From Candidatus Melainabacteria bacterium (GTDB lineage: Bacteria; Cyanobacteriota; Vampirovibrionia; Vampirovibrionales; Vampirovibrionaceae): 64,000 nt of DNA. The translations under genes and the position numbers were made by a program. Location of the stretch: contig JBFWUP010000004.1 in the NCBI GenBank assembly GCA_050247195.1, forward strand, positions 64,537-128,536, written 5' to 3'. Shown here one piece after another: positions 51,930 to 60,870 of this stretch (position 1 is the stretch's first letter; each line of letters starts with the position of its first letter). A model generated the notes under the pieces. The model did not search any database. It was not told the DNA's origin and saw only the letters and a program-made list of their open reading frames with translations.

Positions 51930-52046
51930 ACCGGGTCACCTCGCAGATTGGCAAAGCGGAATGTAAACAATCGTCGCCGGACCGGCGCGTGGCATTTACC
52001 CGGAGCCCGGCAACCAGTATGATACTACCAAGACACAGGCTCCGCT

Positions 52047-52571
52047 ATGCCCGGTCAGCGTCAATTCAGGGTCAGGCCCTTGCCCAATCCACTCTTAAAA
52101 CAGGACTGCCTGGACATCCACGCCTTCCTGATTCAGCCGGGTAGCAGTTTTTCCACCACCGGCCTGTATCGTTACGAGGACATTGACAGTGCCGGCGACC
52201 TCCGCTGTGACTGGAAAATCCGTAAAAGCGCCCTGGGGCTGGCCGTTCATGGCGCACTGAATGGCACGCTGCTGCTTAACGATGCTGAAAGCGCACAGGC
52301 TGTTGAACATCCGGTAAACCTGATTTTTGACGAGCAGTTTTATCTGACACCGGCTGAAAACACCCGGCACAGCGGCAGTCGCACCCCCCGCCACGAGGAC
52401 GACGGTGAGGCCGGTAAACCGGTCTCCGGCGTGCGGGAGCAACAGCTGGACGACCTGATGGAAAGCCTGGCCGAGGACAGCATGCTGGATTTACGCGACC
52501 TGGCCAGGCAGTACCTGGTGATGGAGATCACAGGGCTGCCGATGCTGCCCTCCGGCAGCCCCCCTGCCTGA
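52047..52571 (+). CDS. yceD: YceD/DUF177 family protein (23S rRNA accumulation protein)
   Basis: It lies immediately upstream of rpmF-plsX-fabH and has an acidic C-terminal half and a YceD-like size. Confidence 0.65.
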   Translation: MPGQRQFRVRPLPNPLLKQDCLDIHAFLIQPGSSFSTTGLYRYEDIDSAGDLRCDWKIRKSALGLAVHGALNGTLLLNDAESAQAVEHPVNLIFDEQFYLTPAENTRHSGSRTPRHEDDGEAGKPVSGVREQQLDDLMESLAEDSMLDLRDLARQYLVMEITGLPMLPSGSPPA

Positions 52572-52705
52572 GCAACCCACTTGCCAGTCTCCCTTGTTTT
52601 TGTGAGAATGCCCCTACTTTTCCGCATCAGGCGGTGTTTGCCGCTCCATGCGTTACCTCTGAGCCAACCTTACACACAACCTGACATTAGATAGGGAAAC
52701 GACCC

Positions 52706-52942
52706 ATGCCAGTACCCAAGAAGCGCCTCGGTCATTCGGATCAGGCCCACCGCCGCGCCAACTGGAAAGCCACCGTGCCGGCCAGCACCACCTGCCCCCA
52801 TTGCGGCGCTGTGAAACTCCCCCACGTGCTGTGCGTGGAATGTGGTTTTTACAAAAACCGCATTGTCAGCGAGAAACTGCATGCCAACCATGCGCATGGT
52901 CACGACCATGACCACGGGCATGAACACAACCACGATCATTAA
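52706..52942 (+). CDS. rpmF: 50S ribosomal protein L32 with a His-rich C-terminal extension
   Basis: It begins MPVPKKRLGHSDQAHRRANWK, has a C4 zinc ribbon (CPHCG…CVECG) and ends in the tail HANHAHGHDHDHGHEHNHDH. Confidence 0.85.
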   Translation: MPVPKKRLGHSDQAHRRANWKATVPASTTCPHCGAVKLPHVLCVECGFYKNRIVSEKLHANHAHGHDHDHGHEHNHDH

Positions 52943-52998
52943 GCGGCCAGCTTACCGGCCGGATCGCAACTGCGTGCCGTTTACCGAGCATTGAGCCG

Positions 52999-54033
52999 AT
53001 GACTCTGACCAGCCCCATCCGAATTGCCGTGGATGCCATGGGTGGTGATCATGCCCCGCGCGAAGTGGTTCGCGGCGCCGTACAGGCTGCCCGCGAATAT
53101 CGCTGCGGTATTCTGCTTGTGGGCAAACCCGGGGCCATTGAGGACGAGCTGGCCAAGTGCCGTGCCGAACAGGACCTGAGCGGACTGGATATTGAGGTGG
53201 TTGCCGCCTCGGAAGTGATTGATATGGGGGAATCGCCGGGCACGGCCATCCGCAAAAAACGCGATGCCTCAATCATTATTACGGCCCAGTGCGTTAAAAA
53301 AGGCAAAGCCCAGGGCATGGTGGCCGCCGGCAGTACCGGCGCCGCCATGGCTGCCGCCCTGCTCCATATCGGCCGCATTGACGGGGTGGATCGTCCCGCC
53401 ATTGCCGTGGTGATGCCCTCAGTGGGCAACCGCTGCCTGCTGATTGACGCCGGCGCCAACGTGGACTGCATACCGGAAATGCTGGTGCAGTTTGCCCGCA
53501 TGGGCGCCGTATACATGGAAAACGTATACAAAATACCCAACCCCAAAGTCGGCCTGCTCAATATCGGTGAGGAATCCGGCAAGGGCAACGCCTTTGTGAA
53601 TTCGGCGTACAAATTGCTGGAGAGCGACCCGACGGTTAATTTTTCCGGCAATATTGAAGGTCGTGATATCTTCTTCGGGACGGCGGCCGTGGCTGTCTGC
53701 GACGGCTTCACGGGCAACGTGGCGCTCAAATCCGCCGAAGGCGTGATGCGGATGTTTAAAGCCATCATGAAAAAAGAAATGCGCAAAACAATTCTCAGTA
53801 AAGCCGCCTACCTGCTGGCCAAACCCGCGTTTGAAGCCGCCGGCAAGGAAGTGGACCCCGAGGAATTCGGTGGTGCGCTGCTGCTGGGAATCAACGGCCT
53901 GTGCGTCATCAGCCATGGCAGCAGCAAGGCGCGCGGCATTAAAAACGCCATCCGGGTCGCCAAGGAAGCGGTTGAAAACGACGTCCTCGGCAAAACCGCA
54001 CAACGTATCCGCGAAGGACTCACCCCTGTATGA
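52999..54033 (+). CDS. plsX: Phosphate acyltransferase PlsX
   Basis: The N-terminus reads IRIAVDAMGGDHAP and the full-length PlsX pattern follows. Confidence 0.9.
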   Translation: MTLTSPIRIAVDAMGGDHAPREVVRGAVQAAREYRCGILLVGKPGAIEDELAKCRAEQDLSGLDIEVVAASEVIDMGESPGTAIRKKRDASIIITAQCVKKGKAQGMVAAGSTGAAMAAALLHIGRIDGVDRPAIAVVMPSVGNRCLLIDAGANVDCIPEMLVQFARMGAVYMENVYKIPNPKVGLLNIGEESGKGNAFVNSAYKLLESDPTVNFSGNIEGRDIFFGTAAVAVCDGFTGNVALKSAEGVMRMFKAIMKKEMRKTILSKAAYLLAKPAFEAAGKEVDPEEFGGALLLGINGLCVISHGSSKARGIKNAIRVAKEAVENDVLGKTAQRIREGLTPV

Positions 54034-54113
54034 CAAACGCATCCGGTAACGGTAAAAATCCCCAACGCCGGCCCACCGGCAAACCGCTTGCCCCAGGCCT
54101 GAAAGGCGCCAAA

Positions 54114-55154
54114 ATGATCGGCGTCGGCGCTTTTGCGCCACCCTCGGCCATTACCAATGATGACCTGACCCAGCTGGTGGAAACCTCTGACGAATGGATC
54201 ACGACCCGTACAGGCATACGGGCCCGCCGCGTGGTCAGCGGGGATATGAGCGTGGCCGACATGGCCACCGAGGCTTCCAGACAGGCGCTGCTGAGCGCCG
54301 GGATTGACGGCAGCGAAATCGATCTGATTGTCTGCGCCACCTCCACGCCGGACGCCATTTATCCTGCCACGGCCTGCCAGGTGCAGGCCAACATCGGTGC
54401 CATGCAGGCAGCCGGATTTGACATTGCCCTGGCCTGTTCCGGCTTTGCCTACGGCATGGTGATTGCCCAGCAGTTTCTGCGCACCGGCGCCCGCAGGCGC
54501 GCCCTGGTGATTGGCGCCGACATCCATTCCCATGCCGTGGACTGGACCGACCGCAACACCTGCGTGCTGTTTGGCGACGGCGCCGGCGCGGCCATCCTGG
54601 AAGCCACTGACGATGCCGACTATTTTCTCGGGAATGATTTTCAGCTGGACGGCAGCAAGGGAATGTACCTGACCCTGTTTGCGCCCGGGGAAAACTGCCC
54701 GCTGGTGGAGCCCAAAACACCGGCCAACCAGTTTGTGTACATGAACGGCCGCGAAGTGTTCAAGTTTGCCGTCAACCAGGTGCCCAAAACCCTGGAGGCC
54801 GCGCTCTGCCAGGCAGGCCTGACCATGCAGGATATTGACCACATTGTACTGCACCAGGCCAACATCCGTATTATGGAAGCCATCTCGGAACGCTACGGCA
54901 TTCCGCAGGAAAAAATGGTGGTCAACCTGCAGCACTACGGCAACACCTCTGCCGCCTCCATTCCCCTGGCGCTTAATGAAGCCGTGCTCTCCGGCCGGAT
55001 AAAGCCGGGAGACAAAGTGCTGATGTGCGGATTCGGCGCCGGCATGGCCTGGTCCACCACCGTGCTGGAGTGGACCGCCGTGGATCAGCGCCGCCCCGCC
55101 GATCTTTCCAACGATATGCGCGCCACCGTGCCCGATTTTGTGCCCGCCCTGTAG
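54114..55154 (+). CDS. fabH: 3-oxoacyl-ACP synthase III
   Basis: It begins MIGVGAFAP…TNDDL and has an active-site C…H…N pattern. The start was trimmed from the ORF at 54030. Confidence 0.9.
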   Translation: MIGVGAFAPPSAITNDDLTQLVETSDEWITTRTGIRARRVVSGDMSVADMATEASRQALLSAGIDGSEIDLIVCATSTPDAIYPATACQVQANIGAMQAAGFDIALACSGFAYGMVIAQQFLRTGARRRALVIGADIHSHAVDWTDRNTCVLFGDGAGAAILEATDDADYFLGNDFQLDGSKGMYLTLFAPGENCPLVEPKTPANQFVYMNGREVFKFAVNQVPKTLEAALCQAGLTMQDIDHIVLHQANIRIMEAISERYGIPQEKMVVNLQHYGNTSAASIPLALNEAVLSGRIKPGDKVLMCGFGAGMAWSTTVLEWTAVDQRRPADLSNDMRATVPDFVPAL

Positions 55155-55202
55155 CGTCACATACCCTTCCCCGTCACGCCCCGCAACCGGAGTTTTACAT
55201 TT

Positions 55203-56195
55203 ATGTCTGCCGAAAAAACCCCCGTCATAGCCTTTGTGTTTCCCGGTCAGGGCGCCCAGACGGTCGGCATGGGCAAAGCGCTCTGCGCGCAGGCGCCAAG
55301 CGCCAAAGCCGTCTTTGAGACATTCAATGCCATTGTGGCCGACGATCTTACCCGGGTGACCTTTGAAGGCCCGGAAGACACTTTGCGACGAACCCTCTAC
55401 ACACAACCCGCCATTCTGGCGACCAGCCTGGCAGCGCTGGCCGCATTTCAGGCCGTCTGCCCGCTTCAGCCGGCTGTGACGGCCGGGCACAGCCTCGGTG
55501 AGTATGGCGCACTGGTGGCCGCCGGTGTGCTGGACTGGCCGACAGCCGCCCGCCTGATTCACAAACGCGCCAGCCTGATGGAAGCCGCCGATCAGGGCGC
55601 CATGGCCGCCGTGCTGGGCCTTGGTAAACCGCAGGTGGAAGCCGCCCTGAAAGACCTGCAGACCAGCGAGACCGTTGTGGTCGCCAATGACAACAGTCCG
55701 CTTCAGGTAGTGATTTCCGGCACGCCGGCAGGTGTTGCCATGGCTGAGGCCCCGCTGAAAGCCGCCGGCGCCAAGCGCGTGGTCTCCCTGCCTGTCGGCG
55801 GGGCGTTCCACTCCCCGCTGATGCAGCCCGCCGCGCGTGAATTCAACGCCTTTCTCAAGGACTTCACGTTTGGTGACGCCGCCTGCCCGGTCATCACCAA
55901 CGTGGATGCCGCCCCCACCACGGAGGGCGCCCTGCTTCAGGAAAAACTCGCCCGTCAGATTGATCACGGCGTGCAGTGGACCGACACGATGGCCGCCATG
56001 GTGAATGACCTGGGCGTGACCGTGGTGATTGAATTCGGCCCCGGCAAGGTCCTTACCGGCCTGATCAAGAAGACCCATCCCGGGGTCACCGTTTTCAACG
56101 TCAGCGATACGGAATCGCTGGACGCCACACTGGCCGGACTGAAAGAACTGCCCGGCTGCTGCAATCCCCAGACCCCCAACGCCTGCCTGGTTTAG
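55203..56195 (+). CDS. fabD: Malonyl-CoA:ACP transacylase
   Basis: It carries FPGQGAQ and GHSLGEY motifs. Confidence 0.9.
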   Translation: MSAEKTPVIAFVFPGQGAQTVGMGKALCAQAPSAKAVFETFNAIVADDLTRVTFEGPEDTLRRTLYTQPAILATSLAALAAFQAVCPLQPAVTAGHSLGEYGALVAAGVLDWPTAARLIHKRASLMEAADQGAMAAVLGLGKPQVEAALKDLQTSETVVVANDNSPLQVVISGTPAGVAMAEAPLKAAGAKRVVSLPVGGAFHSPLMQPAAREFNAFLKDFTFGDAACPVITNVDAAPTTEGALLQEKLARQIDHGVQWTDTMAAMVNDLGVTVVIEFGPGKVLTGLIKKTHPGVTVFNVSDTESLDATLAGLKELPGCCNPQTPNACLV

Positions 56196-56259
56196 AAATC
56201 AGCGAGGGCGCGGAGGAGGAACGTCCCCTGCGACACCGTTTACCCGGAGAGAGAAGATC

Positions 56260-56991
56260 ATGACCCAGGAACAGAAAGTCGCCATCGTCACCGGCGGATC
56301 GCGCGGGATAGGCCGCGCCATTGTGATTGCCCTGGCTGAAGCCGGGTTTGACGTCGCCTTCAGTTACGCCAGCAACAAGGCCGCCGCCAGCGAGGTGGAG
56401 CAGACCGTCAACGTGCTGGGCCGCAAATGCCTGCCCGTTCAGGCCAACGCCGCCAACCCGCTGGAAGCCCAGTCGCTGATTGATCAGACCCAGGAGACGC
56501 TGGGCCGGGTGGATGCACTGGTCAACAACGCCGGCATCACCCGCGACGGGCTGCTCATTCGCATGAGCGACGAAGCCTGGCAGGAGGTGATCGACACCAA
56601 CCTGAGCGGCGCGTTCTACACCACACGGGCCGCCGTCAAGCTCATGATGAAGCAGCGCAGCGGCGCCGTTGTGAACATCGCCAGTATTTCCGGCGTGTAC
56701 GGCAACGCGGGCCAGGCCAACTATTCAGCCAGCAAGGCGGGGCTCATCGGCTTCACCAAGGCGGTCGCCAAGGAGGTGGGCAGCCGGGGCATCACCGCCA
56801 ACGTGGTGGCCCCCGGGTTTATCGCCACCGACATGACCGACAACCTGCCCACCGATCAGATTCAGGAGCATATTCCCCTCAAGCGCATTGGCAGGCCCGA
56901 GGATATTGCAAAAGCCGTTTTGTTTCTGGTAACATCGGGAGATTATGTGACCGGACAGGTCTTGCAGGTTGACGGCGGGCTGACGCTCTAG
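56260..56991 (+). CDS. fabG: 3-oxoacyl-ACP reductase
   Basis: It has an SDR TGGSRGIG motif and a YSASKAG catalytic motif. Confidence 0.9.
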   Translation: MTQEQKVAIVTGGSRGIGRAIVIALAEAGFDVAFSYASNKAAASEVEQTVNVLGRKCLPVQANAANPLEAQSLIDQTQETLGRVDALVNNAGITRDGLLIRMSDEAWQEVIDTNLSGAFYTTRAAVKLMMKQRSGAVVNIASISGVYGNAGQANYSASKAGLIGFTKAVAKEVGSRGITANVVAPGFIATDMTDNLPTDQIQEHIPLKRIGRPEDIAKAVLFLVTSGDYVTGQVLQVDGGLTL

Positions 56992-57109
56992 TCCCCACCG
57001 GTTTCGGGGCCAATCACAGAATACTCTGCCCAACCGGCGCCGCCTTTCTCACCACTGCCTGTTCACCCGCAAACCCATCATTTAACAATCACTTGGAGGC
57101 TAACCACCC

Positions 57110-57361
57110 ATGACCGTGACCACCGATAAAGAGATTTTCGAACGCGTGAAGAAAGTCATCGTTGACCAGCTCAGCGTTGATGAATCTCAGGTGACTGAAA
57201 ACGCCAGCTTCACCCAGGATCTGGGCGCCGACTCCCTCGACACCGTTGAGCTGGTTATGGCGTTTGAAGAAGAATTCGGAACTGAAATTCCGGACGAAGA
57301 AGCCGAGAAAATTCAGACCGTCAAAAACGCGGTGGATTACATCGCCAAGCATCAGGGCTAA
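57110..57361 (+). CDS. acpP: Acyl carrier protein
   Basis: It carries the [21 protein letters not shown] phosphopantetheine site. Confidence 0.92.
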   Translation: MTVTTDKEIFERVKKVIVDQLSVDESQVTENASFTQDLGADSLDTVELVMAFEEEFGTEIPDEEAEKIQTVKNAVDYIAKHQG

Positions 57362-57517
57362 ACACCGCCCGGTTTTTTTTCAGGAAAGACGGTCGGAAAC
57401 CTAGCCTCTGGCTGCTTACCGACCGTCTTTCCCGGTTTTACCCCCTGAGCCAGGCAGGGCTCACTCACCTGCCGAGAGATTGATTTGTAAACCCCCTGAT
57501 TGATAGGACGAACGGTG

Positions 57518-58804
57518 ATGGCTGCTGATTCTGCCGCACAAACTTCAAATGCCACCGGCAAACGTCGGGTGGTGATAACCGGCCTGGGCGTTATCTGCCC
57601 GCTCGGCGACTCCCCGGATGAGCTGTGGGGCAACCTGATGGCCGGCAAAAGCGGTATCCGCAACACCACGCTGATTGACGAAGACGAACTCACCTGCCGC
57701 ATCTCGGGGGAGTGTACCGATTTTGACCCGAAAGCGTTTCTGGATCCCAAAGACGCCAAGCGCATGGATCGCTATATTCAGTTTGCCGTGGCGGCTGCCG
57801 GGCTGGCTTATCAGGACGCCGGCCTGACCCCAGAGAACGTGGATGCAGAACGTTTTGGCGTGGTGGTGGGCACAGGCTCCGGCGGCATTATCACCATTGA
57901 GAACCAGCTGAAGCGGGCGCTGAGCCTTGGCTTCCACAAAACCAGCCCTTTCCTCGTGCCGATGATGCTCTGTGATTCGGGCGCCGGCCGCATCTCAATT
58001 GAATTCAACGCCAAAGGCCCCAACCGGGCCGTGGTGACCGCCTGCGCCACGGGCGCGGACTCCATCGGCGACGCCTTCAAAATGATTCAGCACGACCAGG
58101 CGGATGTGATGTTTGCCGGCGGCGCCGAAGCCCCGATGTGCTCGCTGGCTGTGGCCGGTTTTGCCGTGGCCCGGGCGCTCTCCCAGCGCGAAGGCGACCC
58201 GACGAAAGCCAGCCGCCCGTTTGATAAGGACCGTGACGGCTTTGTAATGTCGGAAGGCGGCGCCATTCTGATTCTGGAAGAGTTGGAGCACGCCAAAAAG
58301 CGTGGTGCGCGCATTTACGGTGAGATTGTCGGTTACGGCGCCTCAGCCGACGCCAATGATATCGTCGCCCCCTGTGAAGACGGCGACGGCGCGGCCCGGG
58401 CGATGAAAATCGCACTGAAGGATGCCCGCCTGCAACCCGAAGACATTCAGTACATCAATGCCCACGGCACCAGCACCCCCCTGGGTGATATTGCCGAGAC
58501 CACCGCCATCAAACGGGTGTTTGGCCCGCATGCCAAAGGCAGCCTGAAAGTCAGCTCCACAAAGAGTATGCACGGCCACCTGCTGGGCGCCGCCGGTTCG
58601 CTGGAAGCCATTATTTCCCTGCTGGCCATTAAAAATAAAACGGCCCCGCCCACCATTAACCTGGACAACCCCGATCCGCAGTGCGACCTGGATTATGTGG
58701 CCAACAAACCCGCACCGGTCGCCAATATGAATGCGGTGATGTCCAACTCCTTCGGCTTTGGCGGCCACAACGCCTCACTCCTCTTCAAGGCGTACGAGGG
58801 TTAG
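57518..58804 (+). CDS. fabF: 3-oxoacyl-ACP synthase II
   Basis: It begins KRRVVITGLGVICPLG and has a KAS II C-H-H triad pattern. Confidence 0.9.
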   Translation: MAADSAAQTSNATGKRRVVITGLGVICPLGDSPDELWGNLMAGKSGIRNTTLIDEDELTCRISGECTDFDPKAFLDPKDAKRMDRYIQFAVAAAGLAYQDAGLTPENVDAERFGVVVGTGSGGIITIENQLKRALSLGFHKTSPFLVPMMLCDSGAGRISIEFNAKGPNRAVVTACATGADSIGDAFKMIQHDQADVMFAGGAEAPMCSLAVAGFAVARALSQREGDPTKASRPFDKDRDGFVMSEGGAILILEELEHAKKRGARIYGEIVGYGASADANDIVAPCEDGDGAARAMKIALKDARLQPEDIQYINAHGTSTPLGDIAETTAIKRVFGPHAKGSLKVSSTKSMHGHLLGAAGSLEAIISLLAIKNKTAPPTINLDNPDPQCDLDYVANKPAPVANMNAVMSNSFGFGGHNASLLFKAYEG

Positions 58805-59503
58805 ATGAACCCCGCAGCCCCCGATTTGGGGCAGCACTTTGACGCCATGAGCGAAGGGTATGACGCCCTGATTGCCCGCACGTGGCCGGTATACAAAGAA
58901 GTCTTCCAGACGATGCTGGACTTCTCCTTTGTGGATCGCAGTGCGCCCCTCAATGTGCTGGACCTGGGCTGCGGCACCGGCAACCTGGCCCTTTTCTTGA
59001 GCCAGCAGCTGCCCAACGCCCGCTTCACGCTGCTGGATCTCTCGCCGGAGATGCTGGCGATTGCCGAGCGGAAAATCACCGACAACGTGGCCGATGTGCA
59101 GTTGGTGAATGCCGGCTTTATGGATGCTGAGCTGCCGGAAAACCACTATGATTTTATTGTGAGCAGCATTGCGCTACACCATTTACCCAACGATCAGAAA
59201 GCCGAAATGTACCGGCGGATTTTCCGCTGGCTGACGCCGGGCGGTCAGTTCCGCATGGCCGACGGCATGCACGCCCTGCCGGTCGCGCCTTCGCATGAGG
59301 TCATCTGGGCTGGCTGGGAAGCGCTGGCCACCAGCGCCACCCCCGAAGAAGTGACGATGTGGAAAGCGCACGAAGCGGAGTATGATCACTTTGTGCCCCT
59401 GCGCCAGCACTTTGCCTGGCTGGACGAGGCCGGCTTTGAGAACGTCGAGATTTACTGGAAGAAACTGCTCTGGGGCGTCTTCGGCGGCCAGAAACCGGCC
59501 TGA
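58805..59503 (+). CDS. Class I SAM-dependent methyltransferase, translationally coupled to fabF
   Basis: Its ATG overlaps the fabF stop as TAGATG. It has a VLDLGCGTGNLALFL motif I. Confidence 0.7.
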   Translation: MNPAAPDLGQHFDAMSEGYDALIARTWPVYKEVFQTMLDFSFVDRSAPLNVLDLGCGTGNLALFLSQQLPNARFTLLDLSPEMLAIAERKITDNVADVQLVNAGFMDAELPENHYDFIVSSIALHHLPNDQKAEMYRRIFRWLTPGGQFRMADGMHALPVAPSHEVIWAGWEALATSATPEEVTMWKAHEAEYDHFVPLRQHFAWLDEAGFENVEIYWKKLLWGVFGGQKPA

Positions 59504-59539
59504 ATTCCGGCCCGTCAGGTCAGGACAGAATTTCCAACG

Positions 59540-59929
59540 TTACCCCTCACCCCCCAGCCCCCTCTCCCCAAGGGGCGAGGGGGAGCAAGTCAATCTTTCG
59601 ATTGTCGTTTTCAGGTAACTCAAAAAACATTCCGGCGAGTTCAGAACGACGGCATTGGCATACCGGATAACAACATACCCCATCGCCTCCAAAATTGCCT
59701 GTCGTTCCCGATCATACCCTTCCACATCGGGCAGATTGTGAACTGAGCCGTCCAACTCCAGAACCAGCCTTAGCTCGGGGCAATAAAAATCCACCACAAA
59801 GTACTCAACCGGCTTCTGGCGGTAAAATTTGTAACCCATCACCTGGCGATTGCGAATCAACAGCCAGCAGGCCTGTTCAGCGGGGGTTTCCCGGTGACGC
59901 AGTAGTCGGGCTTTCTGGGTTGCCTCCAT
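59540..59929 (-). CDS. DUF559 (Vsr-like, restriction-endonuclease-fold) protein
   Basis: The sequence …GYKFYRQKPVEYFVVDFYCPELRLVLELDGSVH…ERQAILEAMGYVVIRY… is a typical DUF559 core. The C-terminal 17 aa derive from the REP-like repeat. Confidence 0.65.
   Translation of the reverse strand: MEATQKARLLRHRETPAEQACWLLIRNRQVMGYKFYRQKPVEYFVVDFYCPELRLVLELDGSVHNLPDVEGYDRERQAILEAMGYVVIRYANAVVLNSPECFLSYLKTTIERLTCSPSPLGERGLGGEG
59543..59583. repeat. REP-like repeat copy (cccctcaccccccagccccctctccccaaggggcgaggggg)
   Basis: The copy is in direct orientation and encodes the last residues of the DUF559 ORF on the opposite strand. Confidence 0.65.
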
Positions 59930-59951
59930 AGCAACATTCTAGCAAACGTTT

Positions 59952-60016
59952 CTCCCCCTCGCCCCTTGGGGAGAGGGGGCTGGGGGGTGAGGGGTCAAAG
60001 GTTGGGGGGTGAGGGG
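59952..60016. repeat. REP-like repeat copy, inverted orientation, with tandem ggggggtgagggg units
   Basis: The copy reads ctccccctcgccccttggggagagggggctggggggtgaggggtcaaaggttggggggtgagggg. Confidence 0.65.
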
Positions 60017-60021
60017 TTAAA

Positions 60022-60870
60022 CTACCCCGTGAAATCGGTGCCGAAGAAAATCCAGCTCAGGAAGAAATCAGCGATGATGATGGCGATGGCGATGCCGATG
60101 ACCGCGCGGGTGGTGGAAGAACCCACGTCCTTCGCCCCACCCTCAGTCATCAGTCCGCGCGTGCAGCTGATGGCCACCAGAATGAGACCAAAGATGACCG
60201 CCTTGACCAGGCTGACCGTGATATCCTTGCGGCCCAGGTACAACCAGATGGAATCCATATATTTCACGTAGCGGATGTTCGCCACGCTCTGCGCCACCAC
60301 CATGCCCGCCAGCACGCCCATCACCTCACCGAGAAACGTCAGCAGCGGCAGCACCAGCACGGCGGCAATCAGCCGCGGCACCACCAGGTAACGGATGGGG
60401 CTCACATGCAGAATCTGCATTGCAGAAACCTGCTCGGTGACTTTCATGTTGGCGATCTGCGCCGTAATGGCCGTACCGCTGCGCGCGCCCACCGTCAGCG
60501 CCGTAAAAATGGGCGACATCTCGCGCACCATCGCCACAGCCACCATACCGCCCACATAGCCGTCGGCGCCGTTGTTAATAAACTGTTCGGCCGTTTGCAG
60601 CGACAGAATGGCCCCGGCGATCATACAGATCAGGATGGCAATGGGAATGCTGTCATACCCAATGCTGGCGGCCTGCTGTATCGTCTGTCCCCAGTCAATA
60701 CGACCGCGGATAATCAGCCAGAGCCCAGCCCAGAGGTTGGCCACAATCAGGCCCATATACTCCAGCCACACCAGCACGGCGGTCAGCGGTTGCGTGAGCG
60801 CCCGGAGGAGCCTCCGGCGGCGTCGCTCCCGGAAGAGAACGATCCACCGTCGGGTGCTATAGGGTAACAA
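60022..60870 (-). CDS. mlaE: MlaE-family ABC transporter permease
   Basis: It is a multi-TM protein with an MlaE/Ttg2B-like pattern (…GARSGTAITAQIANMKVTEQV…). Confidence 0.75.
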   Translation of the reverse strand: MLPYSTRRWIVLFRERRRRRLLRALTQPLTAVLVWLEYMGLIVANLWAGLWLIIRGRIDWGQTIQQAASIGYDSIPIAILICMIAGAILSLQTAEQFINNGADGYVGGMVAVAMVREMSPIFTALTVGARSGTAITAQIANMKVTEQVSAMQILHVSPIRYLVVPRLIAAVLVLPLLTFLGEVMGVLAGMVVAQSVANIRYVKYMDSIWLYLGRKDITVSLVKAVIFGLILVAISCTRGLMTEGGAKDVGSSTTRAVIGIAIAIIIADFFLSWIFFGTDFTG

